60,636 nucleotides of DNA from positions 1-60,636 of the IMG/VR virus record IMGVR_UViG_3300019768_000005, one strand, 5' to 3'. The translations under genes and the position numbers were made by a program. The notes beneath the pieces are model-generated. The model was not told where the DNA came from. It saw nothing but the letters and a program-made list of their open reading frames with translations, and made no database searches. Each line of letters opens with the position of its first letter. Position 1 is the first letter of the stretch. Positions 1 to 8,640 of the stretch are shown here, piece by piece. Source of the stretch: a virus. Lineage: Duplodnaviria; Caudoviricetes.

Positions 1-1
1 T

Positions 2-148
2 CCTTTAAATTTGAAACAATTCACAATGTTTATCGTAAAATACGGGATCGATGACCTCTTGAATGAGATCAAGGCACAATTCCGTAGGCACTGTGAAGAG
101 CAAAAAACAGAAGAATTGATTGAAAGGTTTATTGATTCCAAGCCATAA
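2..148 (+). CDS. 3' part of a small hypothetical protein spanning the window junction (joins 60572..60636)
   Basis: Open frame from nt 2 (PLNLKQF...DSKP*); in frame with the ORF starting at ATG 60572 if the ends are joined. Confidence 0.55.
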   Translation, partial: PLNLKQFTMFIVKYGIDDLLNEIKAQFRRHCEEQKTEELIERFIDSKP

Positions 149-162
149 TAGTTAAAGCCGAT

Positions 163-195
163 AAAACCCCCACAGATTATCTCAGTGGGGGTTTT
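163..195. terminator. Bidirectional intrinsic terminator
   Basis: AAAACCCCCAC...GTGGGGGTTTT inverted repeat between convergent genes. Confidence 0.8.
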
Positions 196-214
196 CTATT
201 TGGATCTCCATAAA

Positions 215-520
215 TCAGAATGGAATATCATCGTCAGGAGGTTCTTGTTGATTGTTTTGTGGTTCGTGTCGACTCTGACCACCACTATTCCCTCCGTCAG
301 TATAAAAGACCTTTGCATTCCCCAAGATTGGCAATTTAACACCACCCTGTCGTTCTTCTTTAGTTACTGACTGCGAGATTATGCCATTGTCTCCATACTG
401 GCCTACATTTTCAGTGTCAATGAATGTAGTAAGATCTACATAGACACCTTTCGTTCCCTTGTAAAATCTACTCTTATCAAGCTTTGATACATCTATTCTT
501 AAATTCACACCTAATTTCAT
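215..520 (-). CDS. ssb: Single-stranded DNA-binding protein (phage type)
   Basis: Beta-rich core, G/Q-rich linker and acidic C-terminal tip DDDIPF; at end of replication operon. Confidence 0.75.
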   Translation of the reverse strand: MKLGVNLRIDVSKLDKSRFYKGTKGVYVDLTTFIDTENVGQYGDNGIISQSVTKEERQGGVKLPILGNAKVFYTDGGNSGGQSRHEPQNNQQEPPDDDIPF

Positions 521-522
521 GA

Positions 523-957
523 TTAATCCTTTTTTGATAAAGTTAGTTTTGACGGATAAGGCATATAAAGTTTTGGTTTAGAGTTAGGCCCGGTGATCAC
601 CTCGACTAAATACCCTGTATCATACCCACCTGGTATTTGATAACCATCAAACATACGCGTATGATTTTTAAATTCCTTATCAGCTATATTACACGGGTTA
701 CGCCCACTCTTAATTGATGATGAGCTCAAAACCCTGACAATTTTGCCTATTTTGGTTTTCGTTCTTCCGCTTGCCTGGCTTGTCCATGTTACCTTGTCGC
801 CCACACCAAATCCGTCTTTTTTTTCTTTTAAAACCCTCCATGCCACGGACATTACCCCCCAGCAGCAAAGTTGAGGCCGATGATTATCAGTCCCACCAAC
901 ATCTTCCAACATGCAAGGGAATTTCTTTGAGCATGTATCGCATATCCATTTGGTCAA
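523..957 (-). CDS. Hypothetical protein (Cys-rich N-terminus, KOW/SH3-like segment)
   Basis: ORF; probable TTG start after AAGGA; FGVGDKVTW motif. Confidence 0.55.
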   Translation of the reverse strand: MTKWICDTCSKKFPCMLEDVGGTDNHRPQLCCWGVMSVAWRVLKEKKDGFGVGDKVTWTSQASGRTKTKIGKIVRVLSSSSIKSGRNPCNIADKEFKNHTRMFDGYQIPGGYDTGYLVEVITGPNSKPKLYMPYPSKLTLSKKD

Positions 958-987
958 TTGATTTTCCTTTAGTTTTTGTAAAATGCA

Positions 988-1019
988 AAAGACCACCTTA
1001 ATTATTTATGGTGGTCTTT
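988..1019 (-). terminator. Intrinsic terminator
   Basis: AAAGACCAC...GTGGTCTTT hairpin. Confidence 0.6.
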
Positions 1020-1265
1020 ATTTAGCACTTTTCGGCTAATGCGCCGGAACCTGGAGTTTTAAATATTATTCAAATATTCTTTATTGGGAATCGGTTTCAT
1101 ATCATCACCTCCTTTCTGCTTACGACCTTTTTGTCGCGTTGTCCTCAAGGGCGTAGAGGCGCGCGCGTTGTGAAATGTAAAACCACGGTTGTGTAAATCC
1201 TTATTCCGTGGGCTTCTTTGATACAGATCAAACAATGTCCTTAACATTGCGATCAAGGCTTTTTT

Positions 1266-1412
1266 TCATAATGTTTCCATATTCTTTTTTTCTAAAAATT
1301 TCTTAATCAAATACCGGACAAAAGAACTTATACTGTGTCCGTTTTTCTCAGCCTCATTAACTAACTTCACTATATCATCTTTGTCAAGTTTTACTTGTAT
1401 CGTCTTCTTCAT
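1266..1412 (-). CDS. Ribbon-helix-helix (CopG/Arc-like) DNA-binding protein, 48 aa
   Basis: Hand translation MKKTIQVKLDKDDIVKLVNEAEKNGHSISSFVRYLIKKFL..; RHH pattern; below the ORF-track cutoff. Confidence 0.7.
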   Translation of the reverse strand: MKKTIQVKLDKDDIVKLVNEAEKNGHSISSFVRYLIKKFLEKKNMETL

Positions 1413-1419
1413 GTGTTAT

Positions 1420-1448
1420 ATCGTAGTTCAAAGTGTTTCGCTTGTCAA
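1420..1448 (-). promoter_or_regulatory. Sigma70-like promoter, probably leaderless transcript
   Basis: TTGACA-17 bp-TACGAT, 7 nt before the ATG at 1412. Confidence 0.65.
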
Positions 1449-1462
1449 GTGTTTATTATCCA

Positions 1463-1711
1463 TTATAATCTAATCTGATCAACAATCTTTTTGTAAATTT
1501 CTTTTATTGTTGGCCAAGGTATCTGGTGCTTTTGCGTCCAATCTATCTCACCTCCACAGGCTTCGCATTCTTCGTCTGGCCCGTTAAAATAACAAGCTGA
1601 GCATGAGTGTTCAACTTCTACAAAGAACTCTCCGATTAACAGTTCCTTTGCGCCGCTTTCTGCTGTCAACTCTTTCGGTAGTATGATTTTATCATTTTGA
1701 CTTTCTGTCAT
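1463..1711 (-). CDS. Small zinc-finger hypothetical protein
   Basis: CSAC...CEACGG motifs. Confidence 0.7.
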   Translation of the reverse strand: MTESQNDKIILPKELTAESGAKELLIGEFFVEVEHSCSACYFNGPDEECEACGGEIDWTQKHQIPWPTIKEIYKKIVDQIRL

Positions 1712-1715
1712 ATCA

Positions 1716-1961
1716 TTATTCCTGTTTTATGTTTAAAATTGCGCGGTTGACTAATTCCGCTTCCTCTTTCATATCGAAGACCAAAACACCTATCTTATTC
1801 ACAGCTTCGGCGCATGCGTTGCGGGTCTCTCTGGCCTGCTGTTTGAGCATATCTGACAAACTTTCTACATAACGATCATTGTCAGCAAACCCATCTTCAA
1901 GCTTTCCTTCCGATATCCACCGCTAAATCCATTCCTTAGCTTTCTCTTCTGTTGTCTTCAT
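1716..1961 (-). pseudogene. Hypothetical gene with in-frame TAG at codon 13 (1923-1925)
   Basis: AGGAG RBS and ATG; MKTTEEKAKEWI*RWISEG... open to TAA at 1716, filling the gap to the next gene. Confidence 0.65.
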
Positions 1962-2056
1962 CGTTTCTCCTATATCAGTTTAACTGCTATCTACCCCCCG
2001 GGAGGGTTAACATACCTTTAGCTAACTCCATTTTATCTGACCCTCTAAACTCAGCT

Positions 2057-2335
2057 CTATGTAAGAATCCAAAGAACACCACCTTTTCGGTGTTTAGTTC
2101 TTTTTTTTACCAGTAGATTTTCTACAACAAACTCTTCTGTTGTGTCGCTATGCCTCACAAGTATTCGGTTACCGCAACTGATTGAAATCTTCCCTGCGCT
2201 TGGGCCTTTCTCTGTTTGCTTATCGCTAAGAAATTCTACATAGTCCCCTGCGCTTGGGTATCCACCATGGCAACACGCCGATGGACGTACAAAACCTCTT
2301 TTTTTGCAAGATGCACACAAAATAAATTTATCCAT
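2057..2335 (-). CDS. Hypothetical Cys-containing protein
   Basis: ORF in replication operon. Confidence 0.6.
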   Translation of the reverse strand: MDKFILCASCKKRGFVRPSACCHGGYPSAGDYVEFLSDKQTEKGPSAGKISISCGNRILVRHSDTTEEFVVENLLVKKRTKHRKGGVLWILT

Positions 2336-2336
2336 A

Positions 2337-2603
2337 TTATCTCCCATCCCCGATCCGTTTAATTACGTCATTTGCTTTCTTTAAATCAACCGCCATAAAC
2401 TTTAGCATCTCTGTTTTCTGCAAAGAAACTTTCAATAAGTCTTTATACGCCTGCTCCAAATCTTCCCTGGAAAGGCTTGATACATCAACCGTGGTGTGTT
2501 TAATAATTTTGCCCAACGCCAACCCCCTGGTGAAAATATGTTGTTTCGTGATGGAACATGATATTTTTGTCTGTGTATTTTGCGCCACTTCTGTTTTTTG
2601 CAA
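2337..2603 (-). CDS. Hypothetical coiled-coil protein (true start probably ~2516)
   Basis: ORF overlapping the dnaB 3' end. Confidence 0.5.
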   Translation of the reverse strand: MQKTEVAQNTQTKISCSITKQHIFTRGLALGKIIKHTTVDVSSLSREDLEQAYKDLLKVSLQKTEMLKFMAVDLKKANDVIKRIGDGR

Positions 2604-4860
2604 GATCTATAATTGCCATACCCTTCAACCCCTCTTTTTCCTCCTCAGAATCAGCATATTCTTCTGGCCTATGGATAAAAATTACAGCGTCTGCATCCTC
2701 TTCGATTTTACCTGATTGCTTTAAATCAGACAGTATCGGTCTTTTGTTACTCCTGGCCTTTAAATCCCGGTTTAGTTGTGCAAGCAAAACAATCGGTATT
2801 CCAAGTTCTTTTTTTAAAGATGATAGTCTTGTCGTATTTTCGGAATAACGAGTGGTTAAATCACTGCTGTTTACCTCCCGGTTACCGATCTGTGACAATT
2901 GATCAATAAAAAGTATCTCAGCACCTTTGTTTTTCATTCTGCGGCCTTTTCGCTCAACGTCTGATATATCCACCCCTCCCATGGAATCAATTTGGATATT
3001 GCTATTGTAATATACGCCTGCTGCATCATTCACCATTTGGTATTCTTGCATGTTAAGGCCTTTATACTGCCCGAATTTGGATGCGGTTACAGTTGATTCC
3101 ATGGACAATAATCTATCAATCATCTCAAATTCTGGCATTTCGATAGAGATTAACCCGGCATGAACGCCTGCCCGGTCAAGATTTTTTATCGCTGTCAATG
3201 CAAAAGATGTATTGTGCGTCACGGTAAAATCACCCAATAAGAACAAACCGTCACCGTCAAGCTCAAACCCGTAATAATCACCCTTGCCGATAGGAGAAAC
3301 ATTAACACCAGTGACTAAAACGTCTTTAATTTGCCTTCTCTCTCTTGCTACTTTTCTACCTAACTTGCACGGAATTTCACATGTCTGCCCTGAAATCAAA
3401 ATACGGTAGTATTTCTTTTTCTCAGTCCATCCTTGCGCCTTCTTAAATGACTCATTCAAGCTAACAAAGAAGCCCAATGACCTGGCAATAAAGGTTATGT
3501 CCTCTGCTAACTGTTTACTTTTTTGGATAATCTCATATGAATTTTTGTCTAAATGACCATCAGTGTCAATTATGCCAGCAAGCAAATCAACCCTGTCCAA
3601 AGCAGGCGCCGTTTTATATTTTTGAGGAATAAATAGGCATTTATCAAGGCCCAGCTTTCTTATTTTTTCAAGAAACGCATTTGGTTTTCCACCTGTCCGC
3701 CCGCTTGTTAGAAAATATGTCGGGCACCTTGTTCCGTTACTGTCTTGCTTTCTTATCCCAAGCCCTATTGATTTCCCGTATTCAACCCATGCGTTCTTTA
3801 TTTCTTCATCAGGGGTCGTAATCCCACCATGGTTAGAACTGTGGTTACCATCACCAAGCCATAATCCAAGTTCATATGGTGGAATTTCAAACACACTGTT
3901 TTTTTCATCAAAGACAACGCCAGTTTTCCAACCTTTTGCCTTTTCTTTGAATTTTTTATTAGACGCAAGGTACTCGTCAATAGAAATGTTTATTGTACTG
4001 CCGCCACGGAACCCATAAACATTGTGTTTTCCTGAAATCTTTAATGACAATATATGATCTTTATTAACAATATAATTATCACCTTTTTTTTGGTCCACGA
4101 GATATAAATCATCATATCCTTTAGCTGTCGACTGGACTGTCTTTGGCATGCTATCCGGACCCATAAGTTTATCTCCTGGCACAACGTCTTGAACCATTTT
4201 AACTGAACCATCGTACATGATGACAGGAGTGTCTAATCCAAGGCACTTTCCGGCACCAGGTCTTCCGGCCACAACTATCAACTTAGGTCCCTTTGTTTTA
4301 AGCCGTTTATCCAGGCCAGGGAATCCAAACCGAAGGAAGTTCTCAACTTGTGTTGTATTCGCAGCGTCGATACGTTCCATGTGTTCTTGAATTATGTCTC
4401 TAACATTTCGGATATCGTCTTCATGGCCAGACCCAGTAATTGCCAAAACTCCTTTCTGCGCATCGCTCAATATGTCATTCCCAAGTTTGTCAGAATGTAG
4501 GATTTCAGAGCAAACTTTTTTTATTTGCCTGGTTATTGAGCATTCCTTAATAATGTCCATGTATTGATTGATTTTAAAAAGAGGCGAATTATCAAGGATT
4601 TTAAGCATATCCATTTCTGTTAACGAACCGCCATCAGGAAAATCCTTTTTTGTTTGGTGACAAAAAGTAACAACATCAACAGGGTCTTTCCTTGAAAGCA
4701 TGTTCAGGATCGTTTTAAATGCGTTTCCGTGGCGTTTTGAATAAAAGTCATCCGGTTGTACTCGCATTTGATCAAAGAGGCTGTTTTGGGTAACTATGGA
4801 GCCTATAAGACTACATTCCGCGTCAATGTCATGGGCTGGGAGATCGTTGTTAAAATCCAT
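2500..4860 (-). CDS. dnaB: Replicative DnaB-like helicase containing an intein
   Basis: DnaB N-domain (AECSLIG..DFY..H); Walker A GRPGAGK/T split by an insert; IEM, IDQL, LAQLNR, LSDLKQSGKIEEDAD, AKNRSG. Confidence 0.95.
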   Translation of the reverse strand: MDFNNDLPAHDIDAECSLIGSIVTQNSLFDQMRVQPDDFYSKRHGNAFKTILNMLSRKDPVDVVTFCHQTKKDFPDGGSLTEMDMLKILDNSPLFKINQYMDIIKECSITRQIKKVCSEILHSDKLGNDILSDAQKGVLAITGSGHEDDIRNVRDIIQEHMERIDAANTTQVENFLRFGFPGLDKRLKTKGPKLIVVAGRPGAGKCLGLDTPVIMYDGSVKMVQDVVPGDKLMGPDSMPKTVQSTAKGYDDLYLVDQKKGDNYIVNKDHILSLKISGKHNVYGFRGGSTINISIDEYLASNKKFKEKAKGWKTGVVFDEKNSVFEIPPYELGLWLGDGNHSSNHGGITTPDEEIKNAWVEYGKSIGLGIRKQDSNGTRCPTYFLTSGRTGGKPNAFLEKIRKLGLDKCLFIPQKYKTAPALDRVDLLAGIIDTDGHLDKNSYEIIQKSKQLAEDITFIARSLGFFVSLNESFKKAQGWTEKKKYYRILISGQTCEIPCKLGRKVARERRQIKDVLVTGVNVSPIGKGDYYGFELDGDGLFLLGDFTVTHNTSFALTAIKNLDRAGVHAGLISIEMPEFEMIDRLLSMESTVTASKFGQYKGLNMQEYQMVNDAAGVYYNSNIQIDSMGGVDISDVERKGRRMKNKGAEILFIDQLSQIGNREVNSSDLTTRYSENTTRLSSLKKELGIPIVLLAQLNRDLKARSNKRPILSDLKQSGKIEEDADAVIFIHRPEEYADSEEEKEGLKGMAIIDLAKNRSGAKYTDKNIMFHHETTYFHQGVGVGQNY
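3211..4245 (-). mobile_element. Intein with LAGLIDADG homing endonuclease (345 aa) in the DnaB P-loop
   Basis: Starts CLGLDTPVIMYDG, ends FTVTHN followed by Thr; block B NKDHILSL; LGLWLGDG and LAGIIDTDG motifs. Confidence 0.93.
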
Positions 4861-5104
4861 ATTTCTTCAAAACCTCATCTCTTGTTGTTGCCTCTGAATG
4901 ACTAAATATTACCGACGGGACCGGAAAAAATCTCTCGGTTTTTGCAATCTTTACGCAAGCCTTGGCAAATGATTCGTTTGACATCTCATCTTTCAATAAG
5001 TCGTAATAGATACGCGCACGGTCAACGTTGAAGTCATAGTTAAATATCAATTCAAGTTTTTTCATTTCGTCTTTGAATATAGTTTTATCTAAAAGTTGGC
5101 CCAT
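4850..5104 (-). CDS. Putative helicase loader/inhibitor (SPP1 G39P-like)
   Basis: Between initiator and DnaB; YYDLLKD...FFPVPSVI pattern. Confidence 0.55.
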   Translation of the reverse strand: MGQLLDKTIFKDEMKKLELIFNYDFNVDRARIYYDLLKDEMSNESFAKACVKIAKTERFFPVPSVIFSHSEATTRDEVLKKYGF

Positions 5105-5898
5105 TTGTCCTCGTTTTGTTTTTTTGTAATGGTTTTATTATTGTTAAAATATTCAGGCTTAGGCTTAAGCCACTCCTCTTGCATCGTCCTTTCCAAGCAA
5201 TCAACCGGATCAAGCCCAGCCCTGATCAAATCACCTACGCTTGTTAATAGCCCATCTATACCTCTTGTTGTTTTATACCTGCTGCCTGCCGTGAGGCTCA
5301 TTCTGTATTTAATAAAAGAAATCAAGTCGCTTTGGTATTCAACAAAAGAAGTGCCGTTGATTTTCTCAATCAAATAATTCTCGAATTCTTTTTCCTTGGA
5401 AACCTTCTTTTCCCCTTGGGGGGTTAGGGGGGTATTTAGTTCTTTATTCTTTCTTTCTTCTCCTTCTTTAATAATGGCAAGACGCTCCTGGTCTGTTGCT
5501 GGTTGCTTCATTGGTCTGTTGCTGGTTGCTTCATTGGTCTGTTCGTAGTTTTTAGGGTCTTGGTAATAATCGTAATTACAGATAGTTATCATATTCCCCC
5601 TTGGACGCTTCGTTAGTGCTATCATGTGGTTGTTCATAAGACCCTTCATGCAGCCCTTCATCTGGCTCACAGTGTAACGCATTATTGTACATCCTTTATA
5701 CCACTTTAAATCATCCCTAATCTGTTGATATGACCGAAAAAGTTGCCCACGCTTAACAATGAAGCCATCATATTTTTGTTCAACATAATTTGCGTTTCGT
5801 AATAAATAAAACCATGTTTCTCTGGTTACAGGGGCTGAGTGTGAAATCCATGATTCATCTATGCACCTTGGCTGCAAAATGTATCCACCGTTAATCAT
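5089..5898 (-). CDS. Phage replication initiator protein
   Basis: N-terminal winged-helix pattern (WFYLLRNAN...KRGQ...ITICNYDYYQ); internal iteron repeats; TPLTP linker. Confidence 0.8.
   Translation of the reverse strand: MINGGYILQPRCIDESWISHSAPVTRETWFYLLRNANYVEQKYDGFIVKRGQLFRSYQQIRDDLKWYKGCTIMRYTVSQMKGCMKGLMNNHMIALTKRPRGNMITICNYDYYQDPKNYEQTNEATSNRPMKQPATDQERLAIIKEGEERKNKELNTPLTPQGEKKVSKEKEFENYLIEKINGTSFVEYQSDLISFIKYRMSLTAGSRYKTTRGIDGLLTSVGDLIRAGLDPVDCLERTMQEEWLKPKPEYFNNNKTITKKQNEDKWANF
5490..5543. repeat. 23-bp tandem repeat x2.3 (candidate origin iterons)
   Basis: GGTCTGTTGCTGGTTGCTTCATT repeated exactly inside the initiator gene. Confidence 0.75.
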
Positions 5899-5911
5899 AG
5901 ATTAAGCCCTT

Positions 5912-6073
5912 CTACTTTATTTTTTTGAGATGGCGGTATACTGCTGGCAGTGACAAAGAAAGAGCATTTGCAATCTCAACACCTGTCGCATTCCTGTTTT
6001 TTTCAAAATAAGCTTTTACTTTTTCAAAATTCCTTTTTCCTGCATTTTTGCCTGTTTTTGGAATATACTTCAT
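5912..6073 (-). CDS. Small winged-HTH protein (paralog 1 of 3)
   Basis: Hand translation ..RNFEKVKAYFEKNRNATGVEIANALSLSLPAVYRHLKKIK. Confidence 0.7.
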   Translation of the reverse strand: MKYIPKTGKNAGKRNFEKVKAYFEKNRNATGVEIANALSLSLPAVYRHLKKIK

Positions 6074-6077
6074 TTTT

Positions 6078-6332
6078 TTAAACCTTTTTGCGGTTAATAA
6101 ATAATTCTGCGTTACGAGCTTTTAGCGCCTGGCACGATTTCCGGTAATCAGTATATAATGGGCAGCTTCTACGTGAGGATCTACTTATAGGGCAATCAGG
6201 AGCGCAACAAATTTCACTGACACTTGATGGATGTGCGCAAAATTTTGCAACAGATCCATTTTCAAAATCTTTCGGCAAACCCAAAGACATCCAGAAACAA
6301 TCATTACTATTGATTATAATATCCCAAGTCAT
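6078..6332 (-). CDS. Cys-rich hypothetical protein
   Basis: ORF with AAGGA RBS downstream of the promoter at 6369-6397. Confidence 0.6.
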   Translation of the reverse strand: MTWDIIINSNDCFWMSLGLPKDFENGSVAKFCAHPSSVSEICCAPDCPISRSSRRSCPLYTDYRKSCQALKARNAELFINRKKV

Positions 6333-6367
6333 CTTACTAATCCTTTTTGTTTAAATTATCATATTCG

Positions 6368-6435
6368 TTATATACCACGACAAAAAATATATTGCAAGAG
6401 AATAACCGGCTGCCGAAACAGCCGGGTTGTTTGTT
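6368..6435 (-). promoter_or_regulatory. Terminator + promoter cassette, copy 1
   Basis: Hairpin CCGGCTG..CAGCCGG, then TTGCAA-17-TATATA; near-identical to 7457-7524. Confidence 0.75.
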
Positions 6436-6443
6436 ATGTGTTG

Positions 6444-7256
6444 TTAAATATGAAAAGGAACAATACCGTCCCAATCGTAAGATAAAACGCCATTTGGATG
6501 ATATATTAATTCGAAGGCCTGGTCATTATTTAAAATACTTATTGGCTCTGTGACGCCATGTGAGGTATGCACGGTTATCCCACGGATAAACCTGGTGTGC
6601 ATGCGTCAAACATATCCTGAAGACTCTTTGTTTATTATGCTATACCCTGATAGCTCCTTGTCAGTTGTAAGGTCATATATTTGGTCTGGGCTGCTTATCT
6701 CTCTAAACTTAACAGCGTATGCGTCTATGTCCCGGCACCAATCAATCATGGAATCTATGTCAAGGCCCTTAGTTACAACACAGTTTATAGTTACTGGTAT
6801 TCCGCACTTATGTGCCTTTAGAATAAAAGCTTTCATCTGTCTTGTAGTTTTAAACCCAGAATTAGTGTTTAATATACGACTATTACCAATAACATATGGT
6901 TTGTGCCTTGAAACATTTATAAAATCAACCATTCTGTCATTTATAATTTCATCAAGATCGAGTATCCCGAATCCATTGGTTGTTAAAACTACCTTTTCAA
7001 ATCGGTCTCTTAATATCCTTGCTGCTTTTGTTAAGTTTAAAATATCAAGAGTTGGCTCCCCTCCTGTGATACTCACCTGTTTGAATTTCTCAGGCAACCC
7101 ACCAACGACAAATTTAAGTTTTTCAAGCCAGGCTGATTTATCAAGTTCGGTATTCTGGTCATATTTATAAAAACAGAAATCACAAGAGGCATTGCACCCT
7201 CCTGGCATAATCACGCTGAAATTTGGATCATCTACTATAAAGTTTCTCATCATCAT
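6444..7256 (-). CDS. Radical SAM enzyme with in-frame TGA (6606-6608); candidate selenoprotein
   Basis: CxxxCxxC (CNASCDFC), TGGEP, TTNG; frame stays open 53 codons past the TGA to TAA at 6444, next to the terminator. Confidence 0.8.
6567..6602 (-). promoter_or_regulatory. Bacterial SECIS-like hairpin immediately 3' of the UGA
   Basis: mRNA UGA-CGC-AUGCAC-ACCA-GGU(U)UAUCC-GUG-GGAUAACC-GUGCAU: 6-bp lower stem, upper stem with a bulged U, loop starting GU 22 nt after the UGA. Confidence 0.6.
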
Positions 7257-7426
7257 TCCCCTCTCTGAATAGCAACAACATGTTTTTTGACAGTAGGCCA
7301 TGTAAACCCAAGCGCCCTTGCGCAGTCTGCAATATTCCTTTCCGGGTTTAGCTCAAACCATTTCTTTATTCTTGCCCTGTTTTTTTTGGCGTAAATAATA
7401 CCGCCCGTACCGCGTCCGTTTTTCAT
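7253..7426 (-). CDS. Small HTH protein (paralog 2 of 3)
   Basis: Hand translation ..KNRARIKKWFELNPERNIADCARALGFTWPTVKKHVVAIQRGE; GGAGG RBS; similar to 11991..12173. Confidence 0.8.
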   Translation of the reverse strand: MKNGRGTGGIIYAKKNRARIKKWFELNPERNIADCARALGFTWPTVKKHVVAIQRGE

Positions 7427-7456
7427 AACTACCTCCTATTTAATGTTTGTATTTGA

Positions 7457-7524
7457 TTATATACCACGACAAAAAATATATTGCAAGAGAAAAACCGGCT
7501 GCCGAAACAACCGGGTTGTTTGTT
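7457..7524 (-). promoter_or_regulatory. Terminator + promoter cassette, copy 2
   Basis: TTATATACCACGACAAAAAATATATTGCAAGAGAA identical to copy 1, followed by the same hairpin. Confidence 0.75.
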
Positions 7525-7530
7525 TAAGAG

Positions 7531-8397
7531 TTAAACAGCAATGTCGAATTTAATTTTTGGGTGGTGCTGATATCCATGCAAAACAGTATCAGTGTACTCC
7601 CAATCAAAAATTGACGTGAAATTAGGTGTTTTTATGTTTGGAAGGTCTTTCGGCAATCTTTCAAGTTGATCTTTAATTCCATGTATGTGGTTTTTGTAAA
7701 TATGGGTGTCTCCAAGGAAGCCGATTAGCTTTCCTGGTTTAAATCCTGATTCCATGGCCAGGAGCGTTAGTAGAAGGCCGTAACTTGCAATGTTGAATGG
7801 CAGCCCCAGGGCAACGTCAACGGATCTCATGTTCCACATGAGATTGAGTCGCCCATTTATTACCGTGACCTGGAATGCATAATGGCATGGTGGGATGGCC
7901 ATGCGATAGAGTTGTTGTGGATTCCAAGCAGATACTATCATCCTACGGTCATCTGGATTGGTTTTAAGCGTGGCTACCAGGTTTTTAAGCTGATCCACAC
8001 CAGCATAAAATGGATCCTCGTCCCAACCCCGATATTCACTTCCGAAAAAACGCCACATAAACCCATAAATAGGTCCAAGATCACGTTCGGCCCTCATCCA
8101 TTTTTTTGTTTTTTCATCATTCTCGTAGGCAACCTTAGCGGGTGAGCACCAGTCATCCCAGATATGATTGTTTCTGTCCTGCAGCCACTTTTTATCCGTT
8201 ATGCCTTTGATGAAGAATTCCAATTCTGAGGAAACGAGTCTGAATGGAACATATTTACTGGTAAGCAATGGGAACCCCTCGGCCATGTCATGTTCAAACA
8301 TCGCCCCGGCAATGGCAATGGTGTTTACTCCGGTACGGTTTTCTTTGATTTGGCCCTGGTTAAGGACCTTCCTGGCTATTTGCTTATATGCTATCAT
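7531..8397 (-). CDS. thyA: Thymidylate synthase
   Basis: RTG, FPLLTSK, LGPIYG, PPCH catalytic motif, RSVD, GLPFNIASY, GDTHIY. Confidence 0.97.
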   Translation of the reverse strand: MIAYKQIARKVLNQGQIKENRTGVNTIAIAGAMFEHDMAEGFPLLTSKYVPFRLVSSELEFFIKGITDKKWLQDRNNHIWDDWCSPAKVAYENDEKTKKWMRAERDLGPIYGFMWRFFGSEYRGWDEDPFYAGVDQLKNLVATLKTNPDDRRMIVSAWNPQQLYRMAIPPCHYAFQVTVINGRLNLMWNMRSVDVALGLPFNIASYGLLLTLLAMESGFKPGKLIGFLGDTHIYKNHIHGIKDQLERLPKDLPNIKTPNFTSIFDWEYTDTVLHGYQHHPKIKFDIAV

Positions 8398-8412
8398 TCT
8401 CAATCTCCTTTT

Positions 8413-8640
8413 CTATTTTTTAATCAACCAAGCCTTTGGCCGTTTCGTGGGTGTTACGAACTCAACTGGTACGATAAGCTGCATACCGGCTAAACGTGTT
8501 TCTAACGTCGATACGTGTTCTTCCAGGGTGTGGATTTTTTCCATGGCAGCGATTTGCCTATCATCGAAATCTGACAATAGGTAAAAAGTGCAAGCAGTAT
8601 TAAATAATAAAAATATTATTAATAGCCTGTGTGGTGTCAT
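8413..8640 (-). CDS. Membrane-anchored coiled-coil hypothetical protein
   Basis: Hydrophobic N-terminal helix followed by coiled coil; start probably MTPHR. Confidence 0.55.
   Translation of the reverse strand: MTPHRLLIIFLLFNTACTFYLLSDFDDRQIAAMEKIHTLEEHVSTLETRLAGMQLIVPVEFVTPTKRPKAWLIKK

Noticed and set aside
6550-7170. 206-aa plus-strand ORF and many similar antisense ORFs in the track
   Set aside because: They are shadows of well-supported genes on the opposite strand, with no RBS or motifs.
7256-7301. Cys-rich N-terminal extension (MAYCQKTCCC) of the radical SAM ORF, and the similar one on the helicase-MTase
   Set aside because: These are alternative-frame readings of the overlapping upstream HTH genes; the true starts are at the ATGA overlaps.
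5490-7524. CRISPR mini-array
   Set aside because: Repeats are either adjacent without spacers or ~1.1 kb apart, and no cas genes are present.
8398-8415. TAG readthrough fusing 8413..8640 to thyA (same frame)
   Set aside because: thyA has its own AAGGAG RBS and a normal N-terminus, so the shared frame is likely coincidental.
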